A stretch of DNA of 63,981 bases, filler included, from Octopus bimaculoides (lineage: Eukaryota): assembly GCF_001194135.2 (NCBI RefSeq). It is 5 parts of 4 records of this genome, joined end to end, with 100 filler letters (N's around TTAATTAATTAA, not from the genome) between each part and the next. Parts side by side here need not be neighbours in the genome. Positions count along the whole stretch, not along the records: positions 1 to 20,708 come from NC_068983.1; positions 20,809 to 38,305 come from NC_068988.1; 3 more parts are not named here. One strand, given 5' to 3'. A program made the translations under genes and the position numbers. Positions 11,028-24,172 of the stretch are shown here, piece after piece. How positions within the stretch are numbered: position 1 is the stretch's first letter; every line of letters begins with the position of its first letter. The notes beneath the pieces are model-generated. The model ran no database searches and had not been told where the DNA came from. It worked only from the letters and a program-made list of their open reading frames with translations.

Positions 11028-12315
11028 GTGAGTGCACAACCTAAATGCAGTTGTAAATGGGACAATTATATATATATATACATGTTTATATACATACATA
11101 TGTGTGTGTATATATATATGTATATATATGTGTATATATATATATGTGTATATACATATATGTATATATATGTATATATATGTATATATATATATATGTA
11201 TATGTATATGTATATGTATATATATGTATATATATATATATATATANNNNNNNNNNNNNNNNNNNNNNNNNNNNNNNNNNNNNNNNNNNNNNNNNNNNNN
11301 NNNNNNNNNNNNNNNNNNNNNNNNNNNNNNNNNNNNNNNNNNNNNNNNNNNNNNNNNNNNNNNNNNNNNNNNNNNNNNNNNNNNNNNNNNNNNNNNNNNN
11401 NNNNNNNNNNNNNNNNNNNNNNNNNNNNNNNNNNNNNNNNNNNNNNNNNNNNNNNNNNNNNNNNNNNNNNNNNNNNNNNNNNNNNNNNNNNNNNNNNNNN
11501 NNNNNNNNNNNNNNNNNNNNNNNNNNNNNNNNNNNNNNNNNNNNNNNNNNNNNNNNNNNNNNNNNNNNNNNNNNNNNNNNNNNNNNNNNNNNNNNNNNNN
11601 NNNNNNNNNNNNNNNNNNNNNNNNNNNNNNNTATATATATATATATATATATATGTAAATATATACATATGTATGTATATATATATATGTAAATATATAC
11701 ACATATATGAATATGTATGTATATGTGTGTGTGTATATATGTATATGTATATATAATCCTATGTTTATGTCTTTATTATTCTAATCAAGAGCAGCTGAAG
11801 CAAATGGTTATTTTATAATTAGCTGACTTGTCATTGATGACTTTTACTTCTGGTAGGTTTCATAATAATATTAATAATAATAATGATAATAATAATACTG
11901 TTAATTGTAATATTCCATAACTAATAAGGACAGCTAATATCAAATAATTTCTGTGACTCTATGAACAAACCCTGAGATAAAATTTTGTTTCATGAATTTG
12001 AAAATGCCACTATGGAAACAGACAAACACACACACGCACACACACACACTCACATGCATGCACACAGAATCACATTTGCACATAAACTTACATATATGCA
12101 TATACATACATACACACATATATGTATATATATTTGTGTATATGTAAGCATATATGCATTTGTATGTATTTACATATATGCATTTATATGTGTGTGTATT
12201 CAATATATACATACATGCATATATATATGTATGTATGTATTTATGTCATGTGTGTGATTGTACACATACATAATATGTATATACTTCATATGTATGTTTA
12301 CAGGTATGTATGTGC

Positions 12316-12348
<33 letters not shown>

Positions 12349-13032
12349 TACATATCCTTAGACATATTTACATATGCATGTGTGTGTTTGTGCATCTGTG
12401 TGTCTGTTAGATTGTATATTATATCTACTGGCACAATTTTAAGCAGTTGAAAGATAATTTTTAAAAATCTTTCAAACTGTAAAAAAAAATATAAAATAAA
12501 TAAAATAAAAACCAAAAATTTATTACCTCTTTTTTATCTAAATTATGAAAATTCAACATTAATTTCTGTCTATACTCATTTTTTTTTTATTATTCAAATT
12601 CAGTAAAATCGTATTTTTTAACAAATAATAATAATAATAATGATGATGATGATGATGATAATAATAATAATAATTACTATTGCTATGATGTTTTTCCCTC
12701 TATAACATTGCAACATCACATTATAAGATTCTTTAAAATGAACTGCTTTATTTAAAATAATAAAATTCAGGAAATTCAATATTTTTCTTCATCTCTTTGT
12801 TTTTTACTCTCTCTCTCTCTCCTTTTCTCTCTCTGTCTATGTTTGTCTCCCCCTCTCTCTCCCTTTCCCTCTATCTATACATACATACATGATATATATA
12901 TATATGTATGTATATATATATTATATATTATATATATTTATATATATATATATATGTATGACCGCAGCCACTTGGCTGAAACACATAAATAAATAAATAT
13001 ATGTATATTATGTATATGTATATATATATATG

Positions 13033-13081
<49 letters not shown>

Positions 13082-13226
13082 ATATATATATATATGTGTG
13101 TATATATATATATGTATGTATNNNNNNNNNNNNNNNNNNNNNNNNNNNNNNNNNNNNNNNNNNNNNNNNNNNNNNNNNNNNNNNNNNNNNNNNNNNNNNN
13201 NNNNNNNNNNNNNNNNNNNNNNNNNN

Positions 13227-13268
<42 letters not shown>

Positions 13269-13330
13269 CCTCTCTTGATTTTTCTCTCCATATGTATATA
13301 AATGTTCCTCTCTCTGTCTCCTCTCTGTCT
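10998..13330. repeat. Representative (TA)n/(TG)n/(TATG)n microsatellite field; similar fields throughout
   Basis: Direct; nearly all N gaps are bordered by (TA)n. Confidence 0.95.
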
Positions 13331-13877
13331 CCTCTCTCTCTCCTCTCTCTCTCTCTTTAATAAAATCCGGTTTGTTTGTTTTTGTATTTCTTTTCCTTCA
13401 ATATGAGATCGTGGACAGAAATGCTTTCTAGGTGACTTCACATTCTTTTGTGGACACAATTCATTATAATTCATTATATTTTTGATGTTTCAACATCAAA
13501 AACTGATTCTATTTGAAAAATAAAATTGAAATTTTATTCGAAAAAATGTATTTTGATTTTGTTTTTTTTTTAAATATTTTTCTTATTACATACAAGCGAA
13601 GAACCACAAGAACAAGAACATTGGTGCAATAGAATTGTATTTTGTCATTCCAATCAAGTAGCTGAGAATTAAAGAAAATAACGAAATAATTACACCATCA
13701 GCATAAAATTTATTGTCACTCGTTAAGACACATCACAAGTCATTAAAACAGTGCTTATCAGTTTGCTATGTGTTCATTAACCTGCTAGAAATAGCAGACA
13801 ATGTTGTCCATGAAATCATACCATTGGGTAAGGTAATACCTGGAACTTTTAGAATTCAACTGTCCTTTTCTTAAATA

Positions 13878-14065
13878 ACCCTTTGTATTATAGGCACAAG
13901 GGGAAGGGGACAGTCAATTACATTGACCCCAGTGTTTCACTGGTACTAAATTTATCGACTCTGAAAGGCTGGAAGGCAAAGTCAATCTAGGTAGAATTTG
14001 AACTTAGAATGCAGCGCTGGGCAAAATACCACTAAGTATGTCATCCAATACGCTAACAATTCTTC
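13878..14065 (-). mobile_element. SINE family A
   Basis: GAAAGGCTGGAAGGCAAAGTCAA..GAATTTGAAC. Confidence 0.8.
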
Positions 14066-14074
14066 TGAAGGAGA

Positions 14075-14946
14075 AGAAGAAGAAGAAAACTGGAAGTACA
14101 AAATACAATGATAAAATGATGGCAAGGAAAGCCCTTATATGGCAAATACTGAGATGAGCTAAACAGAAAAGAAACAGACAAATTAGTATCCCAACATTCA
14201 TTAAGAAGTTTGGATCTGAGAGGAGAGGTGGAAGGGTTTTTAATTGTGGCACAAGATCAAAGCCTCCACACCAGAAACCACCTAAAACATATAATGAAGA
14301 AAAATACAAGTAACTGCAGAATATGTAGTGACAGGGAAGAAACAATACATCATATTGTCTCTGGTTGCCCAGCCCTGGTCAAGAAGGAATACATCCAGTC
14401 ATGAGTAGAATTGGAACCAAGATACATTGGCAGCTGTGCCAGTACTCTGGGATAACAACAGTAAAAAATGGTATAAGCATGTCCCAGAAAAGGTCTTGAA
14501 AAGGACAGAGCCATCATATTCTGGATATGCTGATAGATACAGATAAAGAGATTAAGATTAATATGCCAAATATTGTCAGGAACCAACAAGAAAAAAAAAA
14601 AGCCTTCTAATCAACATGTCAGTCACAAAGAGATGACAATATATCTCTAAAAGAAATGGAGAAATTCTTGAAAAGCAAAGATCTGGAAAAAGAGACAACC
14701 TGAATGTGGGGCCTAATGACAAATAATCCCTATTATAATTGTTGCATTAGGCATGGTTATAAAACGTACAGACAAATACATAACCAAAACAGCAGGACTT
14801 ATGAATATATATAGCATACAGAAAATAGCACTGTTGGCCACCACACACATCCTATGTAGAGCACTTTCAATACAATAAAAATAACAATACTAAAACAAAC
14901 CACAGCAGAGTGCAGTGAAAGCTCAGGATGAAAATAAAACCACTGA
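14075..14946 (+). mobile_element. R4/Dong-type LINE fragment with CCHC knuckle, RLE domain and 3' UTR (decayed)
   Basis: LRGEVEGFLIVAQDQSL...CRICSDREETIHHIVSGCPALVKKEY; 3' part matches the 3339 copy; ends ACCACTGAATAAT. Confidence 0.9.
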
Positions 14947-15168
14947 ATAATGATGGCTTCAAATTTTGGGACAAGTCCAGCAGTTTTTGAAGGAAGAAGG
15001 AAGTTGATTACATTGACTCCCATACTTCACTGGTACTTATTTTATCGATCTCAAAGGGACAAAAAGTTAAGTCAACCTCAGTGAGATTGGAATTCAGAAA
15101 GTAAAGAGGGACAAAATGCCACAAAACATTTTGCTTGGTATGTTAACAGTCCTGCCAGCTCACCACCT
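14947..15168 (-). mobile_element. SINE family A abutting an R4 3' end
   Basis: Family A body, then (AAT)n(AAC)n(ACT)n array. Confidence 0.8.
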
Positions 15169-15175
15169 TATTATT

Positions 15176-15228
<53 letters not shown>

Positions 15229-15235
15229 TAACAAT

Positions 15236-15272
<37 letters not shown>

Positions 15273-15519
15273 CTACTACTACTACTTCTACTACTACTAC
15301 TTCTACTACTATTACTAATAATAATAATAGCTTCTAAGTTTTGCACAAGACCAGCAAGTTCAAGGGAGGAGGTAAATTGTTTGTAGACAGTTGAAAAGAA
15401 TACTCTTAACAAAAAAAAAATTAGATAGCATTATAGTTGCAGGTGCCCCCCCCCTTGTAGTTGCAGGTGGGCCCCCTTAGTCTCCTGGCAACCAATACTC
15501 TTAGACCCGGTCCACCACA

Positions 15520-15720
15520 GTATTTGATAATGGTAGAATTTGACAAAACCCAGTCGGAGAGCAACCGCAGAATCTGAGGGAAAAAGCATTAAGCATTTCT
15601 TGAGTGAATGCAAAAAGCTAGCACAAAAAGAGTAAAAATATAGGTATGATTGGGATGTTAGCAGGGTGGCTGGCTTCAAAGTAGCAGAAAAATAGTATGA
15701 ACACAAGCCGAGGTTGTAAG
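15520..15720 (+). mobile_element. R4/Dong-like LINE internal fragment (knuckle region)
   Basis: SIKHFLSECKKLAQKE*KYRYD...AEK*YEHKP. Confidence 0.55.
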
Positions 15721-15859
15721 GGTGAATAAAAATTTATGGCATTTCCCTATAAAACTGCTCTTTCACTAAATCTTCCATCTTACAGATGCCTAGTATCAGC
15801 TAAATATTTTATATTCAGAGTTATAGATGGGCCTGAAACCAAGGCTAATAACCTGTTAT

Positions 15860-16290
15860 CTTACACCAGTTAACCTCTATGGAGAAGAAATTTGGACAAT
15901 GGACAGAGGTATGGAGTATGAAATAGAAGCCTTTGCAATGGAGATCTTTTGCAGATTGGGCAGAATAAGCTGAAGCAATAGGGTAACAATCACTGAAGTA
16001 CTAGAAAAGATGCAACTCCAAAGACATCTATTGTCAAGAATCAAGTCCACAAAGCTGTCGTATTTTGGTCATCCAATACACTATGAGACACTGACCAAGA
16101 CTATCCAGACAAAAAGAGAAGGAAAAGCTGTCAAAGATGTTTGTGGATTGATAACATCAAAGAAGGAATTGGAAACATGAGCCTGACTGATTGTATGCAG
16201 GCAGCACAATATGGAGGGAAATGGTGAGTCTTGGCAAGCTGACCCTTGGACACAGGGAGGGCATCTGGTTGATGGTTGATGGTTGATAAT
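15860..16290 (+). mobile_element. RTE-clade LINE 3' end
   Basis: LYGEEIWTM...IEAFAME...RVTITEVL...KLSYFGH...WIDNIKE pattern typical of the RTE ORF C-terminus; short GGTTGAT tandem tail. Confidence 0.8.
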
Positions 16291-16479
16291 AGCTGAGCAA
16301 GGAATTCTCAATGAAATATTAATCAACATATATACATGGCCTTGAATTTAAGAGAAGAGCATAATCAGTTTAATCAAGCTAGTTCACTGATACTTTTTAA
16401 CAGGACTCTGGAAGGAAGAAAGGTCATATAAATCTCAGCAGGATTTGAACACAGAATGTAAAGAGTCTTCATTGAAAAA

Positions 16480-16708
16480 GTGTTTCAATGTTTAACACAA
16501 GGCCAATAATTTCAGACGAGGGGGTAGGGACGAGGGGGTAAGTTGATGAAATCAGTCCCAGTGCTCAACTGGTACTTATTCTATTGACCCTGACTGGATG
16601 AAAGGCAAAGTCAGTCTCACTGGAATTCAAACTCAGAATGTAAAGATGAACAAAACACTGCTAAGCACTTTGCCTGATATGGTAACAATTCTGGGAGCTG
16701 ACCACCTT
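16480..16708 (-). mobile_element. SINE family A
   Basis: TGGATGAAAGGCAAAGTC..GGAATTCAAACTCAGAATGTAAAG. Confidence 0.82.
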
Positions 16709-17372
16709 ACCTTAATTGATTATTACAAAGCATTTTGTCTCACAGAACACCTCTAACAAATGACAAATCATATCAGCTCTGCTCCTTGTAAAAAGCACTA
16801 ACAGCTCATTGGATATAGTTGTAAAGGCAAAGGGCAACAAATGAAATCCCAGCATTTACTGTTGCTAACAGACAGGAACTCTACGGATTCAGGAACTTTA
16901 TCTAAGAATATGTTGTTTAGAAACCTGAGTATGGAAATGATTGCTTACTTTACAACCACCTGGTTTCAGGTTCAATCTCACAGTTTGGAGCCTTTGGAAA
17001 ATGTTTTTAGTGTGTGTGTGTGAGCATATAGGTAAAATAGCACAAACGGAATGAGTAGAATTGGACAAGAGAGATTACAACAGAAGGGAAAAAATTCAAA
17101 AGGTGACAGATAACATGTAGACACAAAAAAAAAACTAACTTAAAAAGTTGTGCACAAAGAATTGCACAGCAAAAATAAGGAGAAAGAGAAGAATTAGATT
17201 GAGGTATCAGGTGAACCCTTTACCAAAGTAGAATAAGAAAGAAGTAGGCATGTGTGTGTGTGTGTGTGTGTATAGATGTATAAAATGGGTTAACACATGC
17301 TTGTATGTATACATATTCAAGTATATGTATGTGTATGTGTGATAATTGCTTTGGGTTGCTGATTTGGTATCC

Positions 17373-20300
17373 TGATATATACAATAATCCCTCGACCATC
17401 GCGGGTGTTACGTTCCAAATACACACACACACACCCCCTGGCGATAGGTGAAAATCCGCAAATTAGAAACAGTACAGCACTGTATATTTTTTTATTATTT
17501 TTATAATATGTATATATTTATTTTATTATAAATGCAAAACAACACCACAGAGGAATCAACGTAAGCTTAAATAATAAACCGCGATAGGCGAACCGTGATA
17601 TGGCAAGGGATTACTGTATATAGAACTCTCAAGGGAAGTCTCGTGCAACCACGTGGTAATCATGAGACGAGATATGAACGAGCTGGCAGCCAAAAACGGG
17701 GCGATACCGCTACGCACGTGGATGATGATGCTCGGAATTATATAGCATAGCCTTCGGAAGTGAGCTGTGTAACTTGCAGTTACGAATATTCAATGTATTT
17801 TGAAACACAACATATGGCTAAGAAGATAACATCCGGAAGATATTTAAACTTGGAAGAAGCTAACGCCTGGCCGAAACAGTTCGAAGCAAAAGCTGAATGC
17901 GACGACGTTGACGATGTCTGAAAGAAGCCAACATTTTTATTCTTCCTGTGAAGTTGAAGCCTTAATGAAGTTAAAAGATATTCTTTTCCCAGTAAGTCTT
18001 TAGAACGCAACATACCAACAAATAATCAATGCATTGCAACAACTAATAAAGCCGAGGCTGTTAATTGTGGACAGGTTAAAATTATTGGAACTAAAGCAAC
18101 TAGAAGGTGAGTTAGTCAACGACTTTCTTCTTAGGATTAATTCTCAAACTTCCTTCTGTCATTTGAATAAGTTGAAAGAAAATCCAGAAGAGGAAATTGT
18201 GAAACTCATTTTCATCGCGGGAATGTCGGCAACAGAGATAAGTTTAAAATTTAAGATCAGTTACGATGTCATTCTAAAATGAATTTCACCGAAATAGCTG
18301 TTCTTGCATCTATCATAGAGTCAGAAATACTGTTTTCCGAGTAGTCGACAAACAATTACAAGCTTTAATGTCAACAAGAATACCCGCAGTCGTGACGTTG
18401 TAATGAAATGTCGAAATTGTGGGCGTACACAGAAAGCTCGTGTGTATCCAGCATATGGAAAAAAAATTGTAATAAGTACGGCAAATTAGGGCATTTTGCA
18501 AGATTTTGCCGATCTAAAAATGATCCCCGTGTGGACAACATAAATGTATTTCCAAGCTAGATTGAATCTATCGTCAATTTGTTGCTTAACATGAACAACG
18601 AGAGTGCAGATAACACAGGGTTTTGTAAGTGTTTTAGAAATAAGCATAGATTATGGGAGTGGATACTGGGGGTCAGCTTATTTGATAGTCCCGTTATCAA
18701 ACTGAATCATACCACAATAGATTAACCATTTTTGATGGTTCAGATCTAAAGGTTGTTGGATCAATCCGAGTGGCATTTAAACTCAACAACACCAACGAGT
18801 CATGTAAATTTATTGTGGTAGATAACCCATACTCTTTGGGGCTGATTGGAAAAGATATTATTAAAGACGGTTTGTTTTGTTCCAATTTAAACATGGACGT
18901 GTTACCAGAGGTTAAGGTTTTCTAGATCGAGTTAACTGCTCTAATGCGAGATATAACGTGATGAGTTCAGCGAGACGCGTTCCATTACATTTGGAAATGG
19001 AAGTTAAAGAGGTTGGAAATGATGGCTATCATCACACCATCGGATTACTCTGGAGTCAGATGTGCCTCACCTGTGATATGGCTGAGAAAAACAGACGGAT
19101 CTCTTCGCATGTGTGTCGATTACAAGGCTCATTTAAATGCACTGATTGACACTTGTTCTTTTCCCATACCATCAATCGACACTCTCTTCTCCGGTATACC
19201 AGGTGAGAATTTTTTCTCCACTCTCAATTTAAAGCATGCGTATTGACAAATACCTGTAGCGGTGGAAGCAAGGCAGATCTGCGCTATTAATACAACCAAT
19301 GGTCTCTACCTGGTTAACAAACTTCAAATGAACCTTAAGAATTCGAGTGGCATATTTGAGAACTACATGGAAACTCTACTAAAAGGGATCGAAGGGGGGT
19401 CAGGGTATACCAAGATGATAGCCTCATCTATGCTAGTAGTAAAGCAATATTAACGAGCAGAGAAAATGCGGTAGTTGCAAAACTAACCAAGGCGCAGTTC
19501 TCCATTAACAAAGAAAAGTCATTCTCCAGAAGAAGAAATTTAACTTTCCTGGAAATGAACATATCTGAAGAGGGTATTTCTCCATCTCGGGAATTCGTAG
19601 CAAAACTAAAGGATATACAAGTACCAAAATCTAAGGAATTTATTGACAAAATATTGCGTCTGAGGAATTACTACGGAAGGTTTGTCCCGGCGTATGCTGA
19701 AAAAGTAGAACTCTCATCAGCTAGATCTAAAGAATTTAAGTGGGGCAAAGAGCAAGATAAGGCCTTCCGTATGCTTATCACTCATCTTTCGGAGGCTCCA
19801 GTTTTGCAACCGTACTCAATGGAGATGAGGAGCAATCTCTCTCTCTCTCTCTGTAGATGCATCCTTGTTTGCAATAGCATTCATAAGCCACACCTTTAGC
19901 CAGGCACAACGAAATTGGTCGAACATAGAGAGGTGGGGCTTATGCAGTGGTATGATACGTGGAGAGCTTCGGCATTTTCTTCTAGGAAAGCAGTTTTATT
20001 TGGAAACAGATCACCAGCCTCTTAAAAATTCTGTTCGCGAAGAATTTAGATGTATCTCGACTTGCTTCGCAAAAAATAGCCGGGTGGAGTTTGAGTCTAT
20101 CACAGTACGATTTCGTCTTTAAGCATGTTCCGGCTAAAAGCATTCCACGCATCGATGCCCTCTCTAGATTGAGGTATAATGATCTAATTTTTGTTTTTTT
20201 TTTTGCTTCGCATTTAGACAAATGCAACAGTGCGTGGCAGGACATCGATCCCGTAATGATGGAAGGCATCCGAAAACAACTAGATGCAAATACATTATAT

Positions 20301-20434
20301 AACAAAATTTTAAAAAAGGAATTTTACAGCAAAATTGGAAATTGGTCTCTAATCTGGAACGTGCATTTGTTAAAGAGTTTTTCTATCATGCGAAAATGAC
20401 TTAATATTTAGGAAAGTGGTTATACACCATTAAG
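17373..20434 (+). mobile_element. Decayed Gypsy (Metaviridae) LTR retrotransposon: 5' LTR, PBS, gag, protease, RT, RNase H; integrase and 3' LTR missing
   Basis: LTR TG(17373)...CA(17812) followed by TGGCTAAGAAGAT (PBS-like). Gag-like ELVNDFLLRINSQ and zinc knuckle CRNCG...GKLGHFARFC (~18410-18510). Protease-like DTG near 18662. RT motifs ASPVIWLRKTDGSLRMCVDYK, FPIPSIDTL, FSTLNLKHAY. RNase H motifs AQRNWSNIE and FYLETDHQPL. Many stops and frameshifts. Confidence 0.92.
17382..17616. mobile_element. Tc1/mariner (Tigger/pogo-like) MITE nested in the Gypsy LTR
   Basis: TA|CAATAATCCCTCG..ATCGCGG at the left end and CCGTGAT..CAAGGGATTACTG|TA at the right end: imperfect TIRs with TA duplication. 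Confidence 0.8.
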
Positions 20435-20708
20435 TGTATACCCGCTTCCGTACATTAAATTTCTAGAAGAAACAACGGAACGCAGATTCTGAACTATCAA
20501 CACAACAATATTTATTTACAGAGGAAATAGGCAGCACTTCGCCCTTTGGTTGCTGAGACGTCGTCAATGATGTTGATTGGTTATTTGTCTAGCTCCAGAG
20601 TTGGAATGTTGGAAAGAGCTGTCTCCAGAGTTGGAATGTTGGAGACAGACTGCTTGTACGTCTGAGCTCTCCGTCGGCCGGCGAGAAAAGAGAATGAATA
20701 AGGGCGCC
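20435..20708 (-). mobile_element. LTR fragment of a second retroelement inserted antisense into the Gypsy pol; truncated by gap
   Basis: Reads ...AATAAA (plus-strand TTTATT 20511-20516)...TATACA on the minus strand; internal ~30-bp direct repeat CTCCAGAGTTGGAATGTTGGA x2; begins where pol similarity (ENDLIFRKVVI) stops. Confidence 0.5.
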
Positions 20709-20808
20709 NNNNNNNNNNNNNNNNNNNNNNNNNNNNNNNNNNNNNNNNNNNNTTAATTAATTAANNNNNNNNNNNNNNNNNNNNNNNNNNNNNNNNNNNN
20801 NNNNNNNN
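20709..20808. other. Assembly join marker (44 N + TTAATTAATTAA + 44 N); also 38306-38405, 40730-40829, 62787-62886
   Basis: Identical 100-bp layout four times; the spacer is palindromic with stops in all six frames. Confidence 0.95.
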
Positions 20809-20864
20809 TATATGTATGTATGTATGTATATATCTATATATATATAAATATGAATATGTTTGTG

Positions 20865-20910
<46 letters not shown>

Positions 20911-21578
20911 TAGATATATATGTGTGTGTATATACAAATATGTTTGTGTATATGTATATATATGAATGTATTTGTATATATGTAATGTATATATGAATAT
21001 GTGTATATATATGTATGTGTATATTTGTGTGGGTGCATACATGTATTTATGTGTGTGTATGTATGTGTGTATACATATGTATATCTCTACGTGTGTGTGT
21101 GTGTGTGTGTAAAATATTTGGTGAGGAGTCAGGCAATCATTGACTGAATAGTTTGTCTCAAGAACCTGATATTGGAAACCATATAATATAGAGATGCCTT
21201 GTCAGATTTCCCACACACATGTATACACACACAAGCATGTTGACATATATAAACACACACGCACACACACACAATGACATATATTTACAAGCACACATTC
21301 ACACGCAAAGCAAAATATTCCCTCATACACAGATGTACATTCAAAATACACATGCAAAACACTGTCACACACATACACACACTGTCACACACACACACAC
21401 ACACACTCATTCATTCATACACAAATATATTTATACTCACACACACACACACACACGTTGTTACACACACAGTCTATTATACACATACATGCACTCCTCC
21501 ACCTATAGCAAAATGTATTCATTATACTGTTTGCTGATACTAACTGGATCTATCTTTTTGATCCCTTGGAGGGAAGTA

Positions 21579-21743
21579 CCGTATTTTAACATGTATAAAG
21601 AACCCTCGAATTTTGGGGGTTTAAAATTGGGAAAAATGGTTTTGTAAGGGATTATAATACTATCCATGTATAAGAAACTCCCATATTTTCTTAACCTAAT
21701 TTTTGACAGAAAAAAAGGGCTCTTTATACACGCTAAAATACAG
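21579..21743. mobile_element. Tc1/mariner-type MITE
   Basis: TA|CCGTATTTTAACATGTATAAAGAACCC ... GGGCTCTTTATACACGCTAAAATACAG|TA. Confidence 0.8.
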
Positions 21744-21949
21744 TAAATCATTCTTTTGAATTATAGTTTACTATAAATGTGTGCATATGTTTGTGTGTGT
21801 GTTGTGGTAGGAAACTTCTTTCCCAACCACATGGTTTCAGGTTCAGTCCCACTGCACACCACCATGGGCAAGTTTTTTTCTGCTATAGCCTCAGGCTGAT
21901 CAAAGCATTGTGAGTGGATTTGGCAAAAGGAACTTGAAAGAAGCTTGCC

Positions 21950-21996
<47 letters not shown>

Positions 21997-22084
21997 TATA
22001 TAGATATTTGATGTCTCTATATGTATCTGTAGGCATATATAAATTTATGGATATAGATAAATGTATTTGTTTGTGTGTGTGAGA

Positions 22085-22290
22085 GGAGGTATGTGGCTTA
22101 GTGGTAAGGCTGTTACACTCATGATCATAAGACTGTGGTTTCAATTCCATGAGCAGGCAATATGTTGTGTTCTTGAGCAGAATACTTCATTACCTGTTCA
22201 GCTGGCAAAAAGTAATCCTGCATCAGATTGGAAGCTCATCCAGTGGGAATTATATGTGGAACAGAATCCAGTAACCTTAAGAACCTGTGA
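22085..22290 (+). mobile_element. tRNA-derived SINE family C
   Basis: GTGGCTTAGTGGTAAG...GGTTTCAATTCC...TGTTGTGTTCTTGAGCA; minus-strand copy at 34690-34845. Confidence 0.75.
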
Positions 22291-23363
22291 CCTTTTTATA
22301 TGTGTGTGAAGACACAAGCATGGCCGTGTGGTCAAGAATTTCATTTCCCAATAATGTGGTTTTGGGTTCAGTTCCACTATATGGCAACTTGCACAAACAT
22401 CTTTTATAACCTTAAGGTGACAAAAGTTTTATTTTATTGAATTTGGTGAATTGAAACTGAAAGAACCCTGTTGAAATTTGTTCTCTTATTTTACATCCAC
22501 TTTTCCATGCTTGCATGGATTACACAAATATACTGTTAAGACACATGCTTTACAGCTGGATGCTCTTCCTGTCACTAACCCCTACCTGTTTTTCTAGTAA
22601 AGTATCTCTTATTACATATAACCCAAAGGCACAAAATAAGCAGACAATTTGACAACAGGAGAACTGTTATGTATGTATATTCACATAGATAGAAAGAAAA
22701 TAAAAACAAAATTGGAGAATTTGGTTCATAAATCATGTCATCTTAACATGTGATTCACTGAAAATTATGGTCATATTATGCAATTTGGATAAGGTGAATT
22801 TTCTTAGTCTTCACTTCCTCAGAGATTCTTACTGAATGGTAATACTAGCTCACTGTTTTATATATTATGAACTGCGTTTGCAATTTCCTCTCTCAGTAGA
22901 TAAGGCTACACATGGAATTATAAAAGCCTGCTAATTGTCATGTAGTTTAAGTCACAATATACAAATAGAAAGAGAGTAGATAGATAGAAATAGAGATCTA
23001 TAGGTATAAAGATAAAGGTAAATTTCTTCAGGATCCTAATTCTGGTAAGGATTATAGGATTAGGGAATTCTAGTTTAAGGAGGTTTTGTTGCATATAGAT
23101 AGACGGATTGATAGAAATAAATAAATAGCTTTAAAAATACACTCAGTATATGTGCACACACTTATAAACAGACATGCATATATGCACGTATGCGTATGCA
23201 CCGAAGCAACCACAAAGTATTGAGTTCTTTTCAAAGAATAAAAAAAAATGTTGAAGGTGAAACCAAACAAAAGAAATTACCAAATGATAAAAATAAAACT
23301 ACTGCTGCTGCTGCAGCTACATGAGGTATACAACAGCAACAACAACAACAACAGCAGCAGCAG

Positions 23364-23397
<34 letters not shown>

Positions 23398-23680
23398 GAC
23401 TCTCTGTGCAAAGCATGAAAGTGAAGAAATAAGATCTATGCAAAATAAAATATCAAAATAATTTGATTTAAATGATTCTGCTGCTTTCAGATTAGATTGA
23501 TGATAGCAGCTGAGAGTATGGAATGGTAAAAATCTTTAGAGAGAGAGAGAGAAGCGTTTGGAGATTGGAATGTTGAGACTTAATGCTAGTTGTGGTTGTT
23601 GCCATTAGAATCTTAAAGAATGTGGTTGTCTATCAAAACTCTTAACTAACTACACACTCATGTCCACATCACACACACAC

Positions 23681-23735
<55 letters not shown>

Positions 23736-24112
23736 TTATACTCACACACAAATATGTGTTACATATATATATATATATACACAGACACAAATATATATGT
23801 GTTATGTACACACACACACATTCAAATATATATATGTGCTATACACACACACACACACACACACACACTGAAGGAACTTTGTAAACAGTTATAAAGGATG
23901 TGTTTTATGCAAATGTGTTTTGGTTATTTATATATGCATGTGTATACGTATGTGTATACATATGTATGTCACACACACGTGCATAAAAGTAATAGATTTT
24001 CAATAGATTCATATTTCTAATTTGCTTGTAATAATGAACATGACAGCATTTATATGCATACATATATATACGTATATATGTATGTATACATATGTACATA
24101 TATGTATGCATG

Positions 24113-24172
<60 letters not shown>

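Noticed and set aside
5359-13474. Long ORFs of 200-350 aa in the track
   Set aside because: They are N gaps (X) and (TA)n/(TG)n repeats translated as YIYI/CVCV
20411-20465. Imperfect hairpin followed by CTAG, resembling a Helitron 3' end
   Set aside because: CTAG is followed by A not T; the left arm still translates as Gypsy pol and the right arm is better explained as an LTR end
20753-20764. TTAATTAATTAA as a biological motif
   Set aside because: Always centred in 44N+44N; assembly artefact
23300-23430. Mixed CAA/CAG polyglutamine-like tract
   Set aside because: The Gln frame is closed by stops on both sides and has no convincing splice sites
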